A stretch of 64,000 nt of DNA from Piromyces finnis finn (taxonomy: Eukaryota; Fungi; Neocallimastigomycota), in NCBI GenBank assembly GCA_002104945.1, contig MCFH01000009.1, positions 62,001 through 126,000 of the forward strand. Direction: 5' to 3'. Positions 42,766-53,809 of this stretch are shown here, one piece after another. Numbering within the stretch: position 1 is the stretch's first letter; each line of letters begins with the position of its first letter. The notes beneath the pieces were generated by a model. The model did not search any database, was not told where the DNA came from, and saw only the letters and a program-made list of their open reading frames with translations. The position numbers and the translations under genes are program-made.

Positions 42766-44382
42766 GTGGAAAGGATCAAAAAATCAAATTAAAATTAAAC
42801 TTCAATTTTTATATAAAAATAGTATTATTAAAAAATGAAGAACAGCATATGTAAATAATTTAGATTTATTAAAAATATGTATAATCCTAAGGATTAAAAA
42901 AATAAACAATACTAAAATATATATATATATATATCAACCAATAATTAAATAAATATCTATTTAATTCAAAAGAAAAAATAATAATAATAATAATAAACCA
43001 TAAAAACCTTTTTTATAATTATTATTCTATTATGACATTTTGTTTGATGTTTTTTTATTATTATATTTTATAGTTTTTTGTTTTTTAATACTCAAAAATA
43101 ATTAATTTTAATTATAATATGTCTTTTATTTACTTTTAAAAAGTTAATCATCAAAAAATTACTACATTAAAAATAGTCAAACAAATAGTCCTTATTCAAT
43201 TATTAATTCATTTATTCTCATTAAAAATAACTTGAAATTTCGGTAGATAAAATTTTGAAAAGTATACAATATTTATATAAAAATTATTATTCTTTAATTA
43301 TATAAAAAACACATAATAAAATTAGTTGTATTACTTTGAAAATACTCAACTTTTAATGATTTATCTATTGAATATCAAATGCTTTTTTCGTTTATTAAAT
43401 AATTATAGTTGAATTAATTCATTAATATTATATTTAAAATCTTGATCTTTTTTTTTTATATCCCTTTTTTAAATTAATTTTTTATTAATTCAAAAAAAAA
43501 AAAAATGGTTGAAATTTAAAATTTAATTTATCTATAAAAGGTTAAATTTGAGCTAGATTTTTTTAATAGTTGGGTGAAAAGATGTGAATCGTATAATGAA
43601 TACTATGACTTTTTTAATTTTATTTAACAATTCATTTCATTACTATATTAAATTAAAATAATAATAATAATAATAATTAGTTATTTAATTATCATTTATT
43701 ATTTATTATATTTAATTCTTTAATGTTTATTTATTATTATAATATTATTTTTTAATTAATTAAATAAGTAATTAATGTTTCTATTAGATTAAAAAAAAAT
43801 CAAAACAATAATAGTAAATCAAAAAAAAAAAAAAAAAAGTAAACTTTTAATAATAATTAAAATTATATTTAATTTGCTTCGATTAAATCTACAAAACATA
43901 CACCTATATTATAATAATAAATATAAATTTAATTAAAAAAAAAAAAAAAAAGAAATGTAAGCAATCATCATGAATCACTTCAATATTCTTTTAACAAAAT
44001 TACTAATCAAAATGAAAAGAATTTTCAAAATTTAATCATGAACTAATAATTATATATCATTATGTTAAAAAAAAAAAAAAAAAACTTTAAAAAATATATA
44101 ATTATATAATCAATAATAACTTAAGTGAACTTTCTGGGCATGGCTACTAACCAAATATTTTTTTAAAAAAACCCATAAATCAGTCTAAAAAGGAATTTAA
44201 ATGCTTTTTGATTAGAAAATTTTTAATATATAAATAAGAATACCAATAATGAATAAAAATATTATAAATATTACATTTTATTTATAAAAATTAGAAGTTT
44301 CTACAAAAAGGATATATAACATAATAAATTTTAATATCTAATTACTTTATGGTCTAACCACATTCTTTTTTGAAATTGTTAT

Positions 44383-44490
44383 TGTTATCAGATTTATTAA
44401 TAAGATTTTATTTATTTATATTTACTTTTTATTATATAAATATTGTTAACTTCTTAAATCTTTTGAAATAACCAGAGTAATATAAATTTT
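44383..44490 (-). mobile_element. Degenerate LTR fragment related to the adjacent copia LTR
   Basis: TTTTATTTATTTATATTTAC...TATAAATATTGTTAACTTCTTAAATCTTTTGAAATAACCAGAG aligns by eye to the LTR core TTTTATTTATTTATATTTA...TATAAATATTGTAACTTTCTTAAAATCTTTT...AATAACCAAAG. Confidence 0.55.
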
Positions 44491-44692
44491 TTTAAAAAAA
44501 TTATAAAACTAAGATATTAATATTTTTTTTGCTTATATTATTATGTTAAAAACTTTTAAACTGCAGCCTCTTTATTTTATATAAATAATAAACAATTATA
44601 ATTTAATACAAATTTCATACTATTTACAGTAGGAAATATATGTATTATTCATTAAAAAATAGTATGATATGAAATATAAAAAATATTTAGTT

Positions 44693-44927
44693 TGTCAGAT
44701 AAATTTAGTTTACACTTAAATTTATTTATAAAACTATTTGGGTTTTTATAATCTTTTATTTATTTATATTTATTTTATAATATAAATATTGTAACTTTCT
44801 TAAAATCTTTTTATTAAAAAATAACCAAAGAATAAAAATGTAGTACAATATTAATTTATAATTTTATAAAATACAAATACATAAAAAATACATAAAATAT
44901 TATTTTGGAATGTATTTTATTTTCACA
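44693..44927 (-). repeat. 3' LTR (235 bp)
   Basis: On the minus strand it reads TGTGAAAA...ATCTGACA. I saw no mismatch to the 5' LTR on manual comparison. Confidence 0.96.
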
Positions 44928-44934
44928 CTCCCCC
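44928..44934 (-). promoter_or_regulatory. Polypurine tract
   Basis: GGGGGAG on the minus strand directly abuts the 3' LTR. Confidence 0.9.
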
Positions 44935-44949
44935 AAAGTTATAAATTCA

Positions 44950-47900
44950 TTATTTGTATTTATATAATAAACTATCTCTAAATATTTTCATTTTATTTTT
45001 ATTCAAGTATTTAGTAAAACCATCTGCTAAATTTTCTTCTGATTTTATATATTCTAGACTGATTTTATTTTCTTTAATTAATTCTCTTACTTTATGGTAC
45101 TTAATATCAATATGTTTTGACTTTGGATTAATCGTTTCATTATTTGCGTTGTAAATAGTTGCTTGATTATCAATATTGATTTTTAAGCATTCTTCCTTTA
45201 TTTTTAATTCACTAAAAATATTTCTATACCACAGAGCTTGCTTTGAGCATTCACAAAGTCCATAATATTCTGCTTCGGCGGTTGAAGTTGATACACATTT
45301 TTGCAGTTTTGAGTACCAGCTTGTTGGTCCATTTCCCAATAAAAATACAAATCCAGTGGTAGATTTTCTTGTTTCTTCATCTCCCCCATAGTCTGAATCT
45401 ACAAAAATCTTCAAATTTAAGTTTCTTTCAAAACGGATTCCATAATGAGGATTTTCTTTCAGATATTTGAATATTTGTAATACATTCTTCCAATTTTGGA
45501 TAGTAGGATTTTGTGAGAACCTAGATGCTTTGGTTACTGAAAATAAGATATCTGGACGAGTACCTATGGCTAAATATAAAAGACTTCCTATTGCAGCTCT
45601 ATAAGTAGTAGGGTCAAAAGGCTGATTGAGTTGTTCATCATTCTTGATTGGTGTAGTTGTCTTTGATCCTCTGCAGTTTTCTAAACCAAATTTGTGTAAT
45701 ATATCCTTTAAATACCTTTCTTGATGTAACAAATACCCATCTTTTAACGTTTCTACTTTGATTCCTATGATGAAATTTGCATCACCAACATCCGTGATAA
45801 CATATTTCTCTTTAATTAATTTAATAGTTTTATCTATTTCTTCCTTTTTACCAGTTATTAGGATGTCATCAACATATATTCCAACTAAACATACTAATTT
45901 ATTGTTTTTGGTCTTTATAAATATGCATGGTTCGCTAACTAATTTCTGAAATCCTAGTTCAATGAGAGTATTGCTGATGTTGTTATTCCATTCTCTTGCT
46001 GCTTGTTTTAAGCCATATAATGCTTTATTTAATTTCCATAATCCTTTTTTATACATTTTATCTCCTTCAGGTGCTTTCATATATATATCTTCCTTTAAAT
46101 CTGCATACAAATATGCGGCCTTAACATCTAATTGATGGATTTTATAGTTATTAATTGCAGCTATTCCTATTAGGATTCTTAATGAGTCTTGTTTTAGAGT
46201 AGGAGAAAAGGTCTCATTGTAGTCTTCTCCATATTCTTGTGTAAAACCTCTGGCTACAAGTCTAGCTTTGTATTTTTCTATCTCACCAGTGCTATTCCTT
46301 TTTATCTTAAATACCCATCTTGAATCAATAATATTGGCGTCTTCTGGAACTTCATCTATTCTTTTGAACACTTTTCTTTCTTTCATATTTAGCAATTCGG
46401 CTTCTATTGCTTTTATCCACTTATCCTTATCTTTTCTTTTAAATATATCATTATAGGAATTTGGCTCCTTGATTTGTGCTATAGTTAGCGCCACTTCCTT
46501 AATTTTCTTCTTTTCTGGTTCATGTTCATGTGGCTTACTAAATTTTTCTTCTATGACATCTTCACTTGGAACAAGTTTCCGCTTTCTTGGGAATTTTTCT
46601 TCCTTTGGTGGATGATTTTCATTTAATTTAAAATTTTTATTGGATTTTAATTTTCTATTTAGATTTCTCTTATTCAAAAAATTTTGTTTTGATAATAACT
46701 TTTTCTTATCAAAAAATTTTTTCTTAGATTTATCTTTATTGATTGGATCTTTAATTTCATTTTTATTTTTTAAATTTCTCAAATTATATTCCTTTTTATT
46801 TTGATTATTTAAATTACTTTCTTTTTCATCAGAAATATTTTTAAATTTGGACTTTTCTTCAGGAATATTGATATTTTCTTTATTCAAATTTCTTCTTATT
46901 TCATTCTCATTAATAGGTATGTAATTTTTCTTATAATATTCTTCATTCTTATAATTTACTTTTACATTTGAATAATTATTTTCTATTTCTTTTCTATTAT
47001 TTTTATTTATATTATTTTTGACACTCTCAATATTTTCAAAATCAATTTTCTTTCTTGTTCCTAAATCAATGTCAGGACTCAGGATATTTAAAAAATCATT
47101 ATTGTCAATTTCTCCAGTTAAATCATTTATCTCCATTTCTGATGGTGTTTTTAATACTTCTTCAATTAATTCATTTTTATTTACAATGTCTGAATTTTCT
47201 TCTATAAAATAAACATTTCCTTTTGCATTCAGGTATTTATTATTCCTTTTATTATCCTTTGATATATTTGAATTGTCTTTACTGTTTATATTTTTATTTT
47301 TCTTGTCGTCATTTCTCTTTATATTCACTTCTTTAATTTCACAAATTTCAGTTTCGTCAGCACTATTATATTTTAAATTATTATATTTTAAATTATTTTC
47401 TTCCAAGGTAAAGTTATTTATATTGCCGTCGTTACTTCCTGAAATGTCATTATTGTTTTCTTTTTCTTTATTGGTTTCACTTACAGATTCCATTGAAGTA
47501 CTTATTTTAATTTCTTTATTTTCTTCCATTTCTTCAATTTTCTGGTAATTATTTTTGTTCAAACGTTCTTTTTTCTTTTCTTTTAGTTTAATATAGTCTA
47601 AGAGATTTAAGTCTTCTTCTTCTGAGTCTTCTATACTCATATTACTATCATTAGTGTCCTCGCAGACTTGCATAAAACTTTCAGAACTATTATTTTTTTC
47701 TTTATTTAATAGTGACGTGAGCTTATCCAGCTTTTCTTCTATATTTCTAAATTTTTCTTCATAATTTACTTCTTTTAAGTCTTCTTTATTACTAGTTTTA
47801 TCATTGAGTGTTTCTAGGTTTTCATTCATTAATTTATCATTTTCATTTGAAATGTCCTTTTCTTTTTTGTCTTTATTGTTATTGTTTTCATTTTCTTTAT

Positions 47901-50403
47901 CATACATATAATTAAAGTTCCTTACTTGAAAAGTTTCTGTATCTTGACTATATGTTTCATTATTATTTTCTTTTTCTAAATTATAATTGTAGTCACCAGG
48001 TTCTTCTTCTAAAAAACCTACGACTCTTTTCACTTTAATTTTCCTTGATTTTATGTCGAATATTCTGTATCCTACTGAAGATTCATCATATCCGATAAAG
48101 ATTCCCTCCTTAGTTTTGTCTTGAAATTTTGGAATGTTACTGTCATCTAAATAATACACTTTACATCCAAATACTCTTAAATTTTTATAATCAACTTTTC
48201 TGTTGTACATTAATTCAAATGGTATTTCACCATTAATTCCACTGTGCGGAACTCGATTATGAACATAGTTCGCTGTTTTCACAGCATCTTCCCAAAAGCG
48301 ACGACATAACCTTGCGTCCATTAACATTGCAGTAGCAGTTTTTATTAACTTTCCATTGAATCTTTCTGCTCTTCCATTCTGCTCCGGATTTCCAGGGACG
48401 GTGAATTGTTGAGTTATTCCATATTCGTTACATAACTCCTTGAAGTTATTAGAAGTGAATTCAGTTCCATTATCGCTTCTAAGATATTTTACTTTGGATG
48501 ATAATTCATTAGTAGTTTTATTCAGCCAATTTCCAAATTCTTTGAAAACATCACTTTTATTCTTGACAAATATTACCCATCCATATCGACTGTAATCATC
48601 TAAGATACTTAAAAAGTATACGTTGTCATGAATTGATGGTGTGATTGGACCTACCAAATCGATGTGTACTAGTTCCAAAACACTTGATGCTCTACTATCT
48701 GACCTTTTATGAGGGATTTCTTTCATTTTGCTTCTCATGCATATTGTACAATTGTGAATATTGTTCTTTTCATCATTATTGTTGAAATTCAGATGCCCTA
48801 TTCTTCTATGCCAGTATTCACCATTGTTTCGTACATTATCGCACATTGAGTAATTATTAACTACATTACCTTCTTTGATGTACAAATTGAATACATCATA
48901 TTCATTTGCTTTAACTTCGTATACATTATCTGTTTTCTTATCTTTTATATATGCAAATACATTATTGTTCTTCTCATCAAAGATTATTTGGTAGCCACTT
49001 TTAACTAACTTGGCAACAGAAATTAAATTTCGTTTTACATCTGGGATGTACATTACATCTTCTAATTTTATTGGTTCTTCATTAATAGATCCATTTACTT
49101 CACCCATATGTGTTGACTTTGTAGTCGCTCCATTTGCATAATTGATTGGTTCTACATGTTCAAAAACATTTTTGAGAATTCCTATATCTTTGGTAATATG
49201 ATTAGAAGCACCAGAATCTAAAGTCCATGTAGTAAAACTTGTAGGTACATTTTCACAAGATACGTAATTGCATGATTTATTATTACATTCATCATTGTTA
49301 TTGTCAAATAATGTATTGTAATCAACTGTAAACAAATCTTGATATCCAACTTCTGGTTCAAAGTCTTCAGTGGTTTGTTTATTTACTATTTCACCTGTTG
49401 CTAAAAATGCTTCCTTGCCTTTATTTTTCTCTTTTCTTAGCCTTCTTGTAACTTCTTCTGAAAGTTCTTTTTGAATACGACATTGTTTTACAGTATGTCC
49501 TTTTTGATGACAAAAATAACATGTAATGTTTTGTTTATTTTTGTTATTCCAATTTCTTTCTTCATTGGACTTTTCTTTTCCTTTATTTGTATTTTTATTA
49601 TGATTATTACTTTGTTTGTTGCGGTAGTATTTAGTACTTTCCTTTCTTTTATCACCTTTGTAACTACCTTCAACACTAAAGATATGTCTAATTCCGAAGG
49701 TTTCAGATTTCTCTTTCGGATCAAATTTGTTCATCTTATCTATCATTCTTGCTGTGTCCTTTTTGCATTCTTCCCAGTCTTCATGCTTAAGGACTGTGAC
49801 TTTCCTATATTTTTCTGGTAAGGCTTGATACAGTAAACCAATTTTTTCTTCATCATCTATTTTCACATTTAGTTGTTCTAACTTATTAAAGTTGGAATTT
49901 AACTTATTTACAAATCTTGAGAAACTTTCTTTCGGGTCGTATTTTAAGGAGTTTGTTTCCTTAATAAGCCTATTCTTTCTTTCTATTTTATCCCCTAAAT
50001 AAATGTCTTCTAATAGTTTCCACATTTCGTAGCTTGTTAAAGACCTATCTTGGATATCTTGTTGGCAGTTTGGGCCTAAAGTATACCTAATTAAAAATTG
50101 GATATTCCTATCTGTTTTTAAGTCATCTTCGGTTACGTTCTTATCATAGTAGGTATTGATTTCAAAAGGTGCCTTTAGATATTCTTCTCCGTCGATATCC
50201 ATTCCTTCGTCACTTTTGATCTTTGGGGTTTTGTTTTCATCAACCCAATCTTCAAGACCATAATAATTTAAAATATTCCTCATAAACATTTGCCACGTTA
50301 TGAAATTTTTATTGTTCAATTCATAAGTGACCTTTCCTAGCATAACGGTAGGATCGAATATAGGAATTGATCCAGTATCTCCGTTAGATTTTCTTTTTGA
50401 CAT
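44950..50403 (-). CDS. Copia Gag-Pol polyprotein (about 1817 aa from the first ATG)
   Basis: Zinc knuckle CYFCHQKGHTVKQC; protease WTLDSGASNH; WHRRIGH...CTIC; integrase VHIDLVGP / LDDYSRY / QNGRAERFN; RT QLDVKAAYL and YVDDILI; RNase H FVDSDYGGD, EAEY and NLADGFTK. No stops or frameshifts. Confidence 0.97.
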   Translation of the reverse strand: MSKRKSNGDTGSIPIFDPTVMLGKVTYELNNKNFITWQMFMRNILNYYGLEDWVDENKTPKIKSDEGMDIDGEEYLKAPFEINTYYDKNVTEDDLKTDRNIQFLIRYTLGPNCQQDIQDRSLTSYEMWKLLEDIYLGDKIERKNRLIKETNSLKYDPKESFSRFVNKLNSNFNKLEQLNVKIDDEEKIGLLYQALPEKYRKVTVLKHEDWEECKKDTARMIDKMNKFDPKEKSETFGIRHIFSVEGSYKGDKRKESTKYYRNKQSNNHNKNTNKGKEKSNEERNWNNKNKQNITCYFCHQKGHTVKQCRIQKELSEEVTRRLRKEKNKGKEAFLATGEIVNKQTTEDFEPEVGYQDLFTVDYNTLFDNNNDECNNKSCNYVSCENVPTSFTTWTLDSGASNHITKDIGILKNVFEHVEPINYANGATTKSTHMGEVNGSINEEPIKLEDVMYIPDVKRNLISVAKLVKSGYQIIFDEKNNNVFAYIKDKKTDNVYEVKANEYDVFNLYIKEGNVVNNYSMCDNVRNNGEYWHRRIGHLNFNNNDEKNNIHNCTICMRSKMKEIPHKRSDSRASSVLELVHIDLVGPITPSIHDNVYFLSILDDYSRYGWVIFVKNKSDVFKEFGNWLNKTTNELSSKVKYLRSDNGTEFTSNNFKELCNEYGITQQFTVPGNPEQNGRAERFNGKLIKTATAMLMDARLCRRFWEDAVKTANYVHNRVPHSGINGEIPFELMYNRKVDYKNLRVFGCKVYYLDDSNIPKFQDKTKEGIFIGYDESSVGYRIFDIKSRKIKVKRVVGFLEEEPGDYNYNLEKENNNETYSQDTETFQVRNFNYMYDKENENNNNKDKKEKDISNENDKLMNENLETLNDKTSNKEDLKEVNYEEKFRNIEEKLDKLTSLLNKEKNNSSESFMQVCEDTNDSNMSIEDSEEEDLNLLDYIKLKEKKKERLNKNNYQKIEEMEENKEIKISTSMESVSETNKEKENNNDISGSNDGNINNFTLEENNLKYNNLKYNSADETEICEIKEVNIKRNDDKKNKNINSKDNSNISKDNKRNNKYLNAKGNVYFIEENSDIVNKNELIEEVLKTPSEMEINDLTGEIDNNDFLNILSPDIDLGTRKKIDFENIESVKNNINKNNRKEIENNYSNVKVNYKNEEYYKKNYIPINENEIRRNLNKENINIPEEKSKFKNISDEKESNLNNQNKKEYNLRNLKNKNEIKDPINKDKSKKKFFDKKKLLSKQNFLNKRNLNRKLKSNKNFKLNENHPPKEEKFPRKRKLVPSEDVIEEKFSKPHEHEPEKKKIKEVALTIAQIKEPNSYNDIFKRKDKDKWIKAIEAELLNMKERKVFKRIDEVPEDANIIDSRWVFKIKRNSTGEIEKYKARLVARGFTQEYGEDYNETFSPTLKQDSLRILIGIAAINNYKIHQLDVKAAYLYADLKEDIYMKAPEGDKMYKKGLWKLNKALYGLKQAAREWNNNISNTLIELGFQKLVSEPCIFIKTKNNKLVCLVGIYVDDILITGKKEEIDKTIKLIKEKYVITDVGDANFIIGIKVETLKDGYLLHQERYLKDILHKFGLENCRGSKTTTPIKNDEQLNQPFDPTTYRAAIGSLLYLAIGTRPDILFSVTKASRFSQNPTIQNWKNVLQIFKYLKENPHYGIRFERNLNLKIFVDSDYGGDEETRKSTTGFVFLLGNGPTSWYSKLQKCVSTSTAEAEYYGLCECSKQALWYRNIFSELKIKEECLKINIDNQATIYNANNETINPKSKHIDIKYHKVRELIKENKISLEYIKSEENLADGFTKYLNKNKMKIFRDSLLYKYK

Positions 50404-50430
50404 ATTAAAAAAAAACTTACTTAAATATAA

Positions 50431-50451
50431 GAGCAATTGAGACTCTTAATC
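50431..50451 (-). promoter_or_regulatory. Primer-binding site complementary to the tRNA-Lys(CUU) anticodon arm (half-tRNA type)
   Basis: The plus strand reads GAGCAATTGAGACTCTTAATC and directly abuts the 5' LTR. GAGACTCTTAATC matches the eukaryotic tRNA-Lys(CTT) anticodon stem-loop as recalled from memory. There is no TGG-type PBS. Confidence 0.75.
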
Positions 50452-50686
50452 TGTCAGATAAATTTAGTTTACACTTAAATTTATTTATAAAACTATTTGG
50501 GTTTTTATAATCTTTTATTTATTTATATTTATTTTATAATATAAATATTGTAACTTTCTTAAAATCTTTTTATTAAAAAATAACCAAAGAATAAAAATGT
50601 AGTACAATATTAATTTATAATTTTATAAAATACAAATACATAAAAAATACATAAAATATTATTTTGGAATGTATTTTATTTTCACA
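50452..50686 (-). repeat. 5' LTR (235 bp)
   Basis: Same sequence as 44693-44927, followed by the TSD TAGTT. Confidence 0.96.
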
Positions 50687-51330
50687 TAGTTTTTTAGTAT
50701 ACTAAAATCTAACCCTAACTTTTATATAAATATTTTATTTTTTATTTATAAAGGTTTCACAATTTTTATATTTGCCTTTAACAATAGATTAATGATCAAT
50801 TATTAATTATTTGTAACTTGAATAGAAATGTATTATGGGTTAAAAGAAAAGATTAATTTTTCGTTATAAAGACGTTATTTTATTGAAATGTGAAATGATA
50901 AAGCACTTTTATTTCTTCATTTTCTTTCGCTTTTTTTTTTTTTTTTAATTTAAAATTGTTTTTATTTCTTTTTTTAGAATAAAAAAATAAAAAATGATAG
51001 TATTAAAAGTTACAACTTTTCTGAACACTATTATCAATATAAATTATAAAAATTCATTTATTGATACATATATATTATATATTTTTAAAGTTTAATTTTA
51101 ATTTATAAATACTTTGATGAAATAGCAATATATAAAAGTTATCATAAATTACATAAATAAATTTATAAATAATAATAATAATTAGAAAAAATAAAATAAA
51201 AAAAGGGGAATCGTATTGTAGATTTTCTATTTTTATATAAGGAAACCATTTTTAATTTTAGGCAAATTATTCAATCAAGCAAGTAAACAAAATTCATCAA
51301 GCCATTGAATTCTTTTTCAAATACTATCAT

Positions 51331-51364
<34 letters not shown>

Positions 51365-51429
51365 TTCGTACTATACATCTTTAATATATGTAACATGAAA
51401 TAACATGAAATATATTAAAGTTGCATAAA

Positions 51430-51840
51430 CGTTCAATGAACTCTATAATTTGTACTGTGTGGGATTAGTCTCTACCTAATAAATTAAATGAAATAAAAAA
51501 GAAAAGTAGCATCAGGTATGGTAATGTGGTGTCTACTAAACTCTTCAATGAGTTCATCATGTTTTCATTCGTAAAAAGATTAACATTGAATCCTGTGTAC
51601 GGAATATTTGTAGTGTTCCTTTGCCATATCGGTACGACGTTGTTGGTGCACTTTAGGTGTCTTACTAAACCTATTAAAAAGTAGCTTCATTGAGCTGCTG
51701 ATGATAGAGATTGTTTTAGTAAGAAATAACATCAGACCCTTTACATATAGAACATGAGATCTCGAGGAGTTGTAAAGTTGTTTATTCAAATATCTTTGTT
51801 CCGCCTTATCGATTTGTAGCTCATCATAAGCTAGAATTCC
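51430..51840 (-). pseudogene. GC-richer decayed coding fragment, possibly a Ty3/gypsy RNase H region
   Basis: The minus frame LAYDELQIDKAEQRY has the spacing of the gypsy motif IAYxSxxLxxAExxY, and KEHYKYSVHR resembles EYxFxIxHR. In-frame stops follow. Recognised by eye only. Confidence 0.3.
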
Positions 51841-52010
51841 ACCAAGAAAGAATGTATTATTAACAATTAATAAAGATACACACACAGAAAAAAAAAAAAT
51901 AAAATAAAAATAAAAGCAAAAAAATTATCATTCTTTTTACAACTAATAGTTTATTTTTATTATTATTTTTATTATTGTTGTTATGATTGTTGTTATTATC
52001 CTTATTATTG

Positions 52011-52046
<36 letters not shown>

Positions 52047-52222
52047 TAATAAATAAAAAGAAAAAAAATTAAATAGAATTAAAAACTATTTAATCTTTTT
52101 TTTTTTAAAATATTATTCTATAGATAAATTTATAAAATACAAAGTGTTGCATCCATGTATTTAAATCTGTTTCATTGAATTATATACTTTTAAAAATAGA
52201 GTTGAGATAATAAAATTGAAAT

Positions 52223-53809
52223 TTAAAACACGGTTCCTCCATGAGCAGATTCTAAGAACTGTGAATTTTATATAATAATAATAATAATAATAATTATAAT
52301 AATAATGATAATAATAAAAAGAGATTAGTAATATGTTATTTATTATTATTCATTATTATTATATGTTTAGATATTAATAATTATTTACAGTTTTTGGTTG
52401 TTCAAATGTAAGCCAGTCTGACGTTGTGGTTGGTAAAACACCTAATGATGAACATTTATATATACCAACTAAAAGTTGGGCAATACTTAATGCGATATAA
52501 GTTAATTTTGGTTTTAATAAAAATGAATTATCACCATCTTCTTCTTCAAATTCCTTGAAAACTATTATGTTCATGCATAATAATGTTATTATAATAGATA
52601 CATAAAAATTAATAACTTTTTTTTTTATTTTTTGCAAATAATAATAACAATTATTAAAATATTTCATAATACCTTCGTTGGTTTGCTTGAGAGCCTTAAT
52701 TGGATTACTGAAAAGCATACCAACAATAATGATGGTAAATTGATTAATAGAATTACCAGACATGAACATCATAACAACATTCATAAAGATACCCTTAACA
52801 GAATTAAAAGCTTTTTCATAAGCTCTCTATTTAACCCAAAATAAAAAAATCAGCATTAATAAAAATTTATAATGATTATTATTTTTGTTTATTTAACAGG
52901 TTGAATCAAATATCATCATAGCATTGTTTTAAAAAATAATTTTATATAAATATTATTTTAATTACCTTGACTTTTAATTTTTTTAAATCATTTTCATCTT
53001 TTGCTTGTTGTTGTTCTGGATTCTTTTTCTATATTTAATTAATAAAAAATTATTATTCATTTCTAATTATGGATTATGTTTTTTTTTTTTTTTACCAACC
53101 TTATTAAATTTTTCATTCTTGGTTACAACAAAACCAGCTGGAGTAGCAGAAGAAGCCTTGATACGACTTTATTATTAAAAGTATTATATAATTTAAAATT
53201 AAATGTTAGTATATTCAAATATAAATTAATTAGGCATTTCTTTACATATAATTAAAATAATTTTATTAATTTGTGAAACATAAAGACCCATTTTTTAAAT
53301 ATATTTTTTGTTTATAGTGACTTTTTATTATACATTTATGTGATAGTATGATGATATATTTCTAGAAATTATTTTTTATTATTTCATTTAATAATACTAT
53401 ATATATTGCTATATATATTGTATATATATTTTTAAAATTATTTTTCTTAATTTTGTATAGAAAACAAAAAAACTTTACTCCTTTGAATAGAATCAATTAT
53501 AACATTATGATATATATATTTTTTTATCATCATCCATAATATATTATTTTTTAAATTGCATAATTTTGTGATTTTTTAAATTTGTTTATTGGTATTGCTT
53601 TATTTTATCACTCATATTATTTTCCAGTATATATATATATATAAACAATCATATAATTGATTGAATATACTAATTTATTATTTTGCTTTTATTTTAATTA
53701 TTAAATTCACTATTTTCATTTCTGTATCTTTTATTTATTTATTTTATAAATATAATATATACTTTGAGGTATCAATAGTTTTGTAATTAAGATTCCATTT
53801 ACTTTCCAT
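52223..53809 (-). CDS. EMC4: ER membrane protein complex subunit 4, 6 exons
   Basis: Spliced protein: MESKWNLNY...TPAGF...KLKVKRAYEKAFNSVKGIFMNVVMMFMSGNSINQF...KCSSLGVLPTTTSDWL...FLESAHGGTVF*. Confidence 0.9.

Larger units (their letters stand above)
44693..50686 (-). mobile_element. Full-length Ty1/copia LTR retrotransposon
   Basis: Two 235-bp LTRs (44693-44927 and 50452-50686) with TG...CA ends; a 5-bp TSD TAGTT at 44688-44692 and 50687-50691; a PPT; a PBS; and a single gag-pol ORF in PR-IN-RT-RH order. Confidence 0.98.

Noticed and set aside
50404-50436. ORF-track start at 50436 (non-ATG) and a GTAAGT donor-like motif at 50415-50420
   Set aside because: The extension overlaps the PBS, and the ATG at 50403 is the plausible start. 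No partner acceptor or other evidence supports splicing.
50431-50451. tRNA-Lys gene
   Set aside because: Only the anticodon arm is present, with no acceptor or T arm. It is explained as a PBS.
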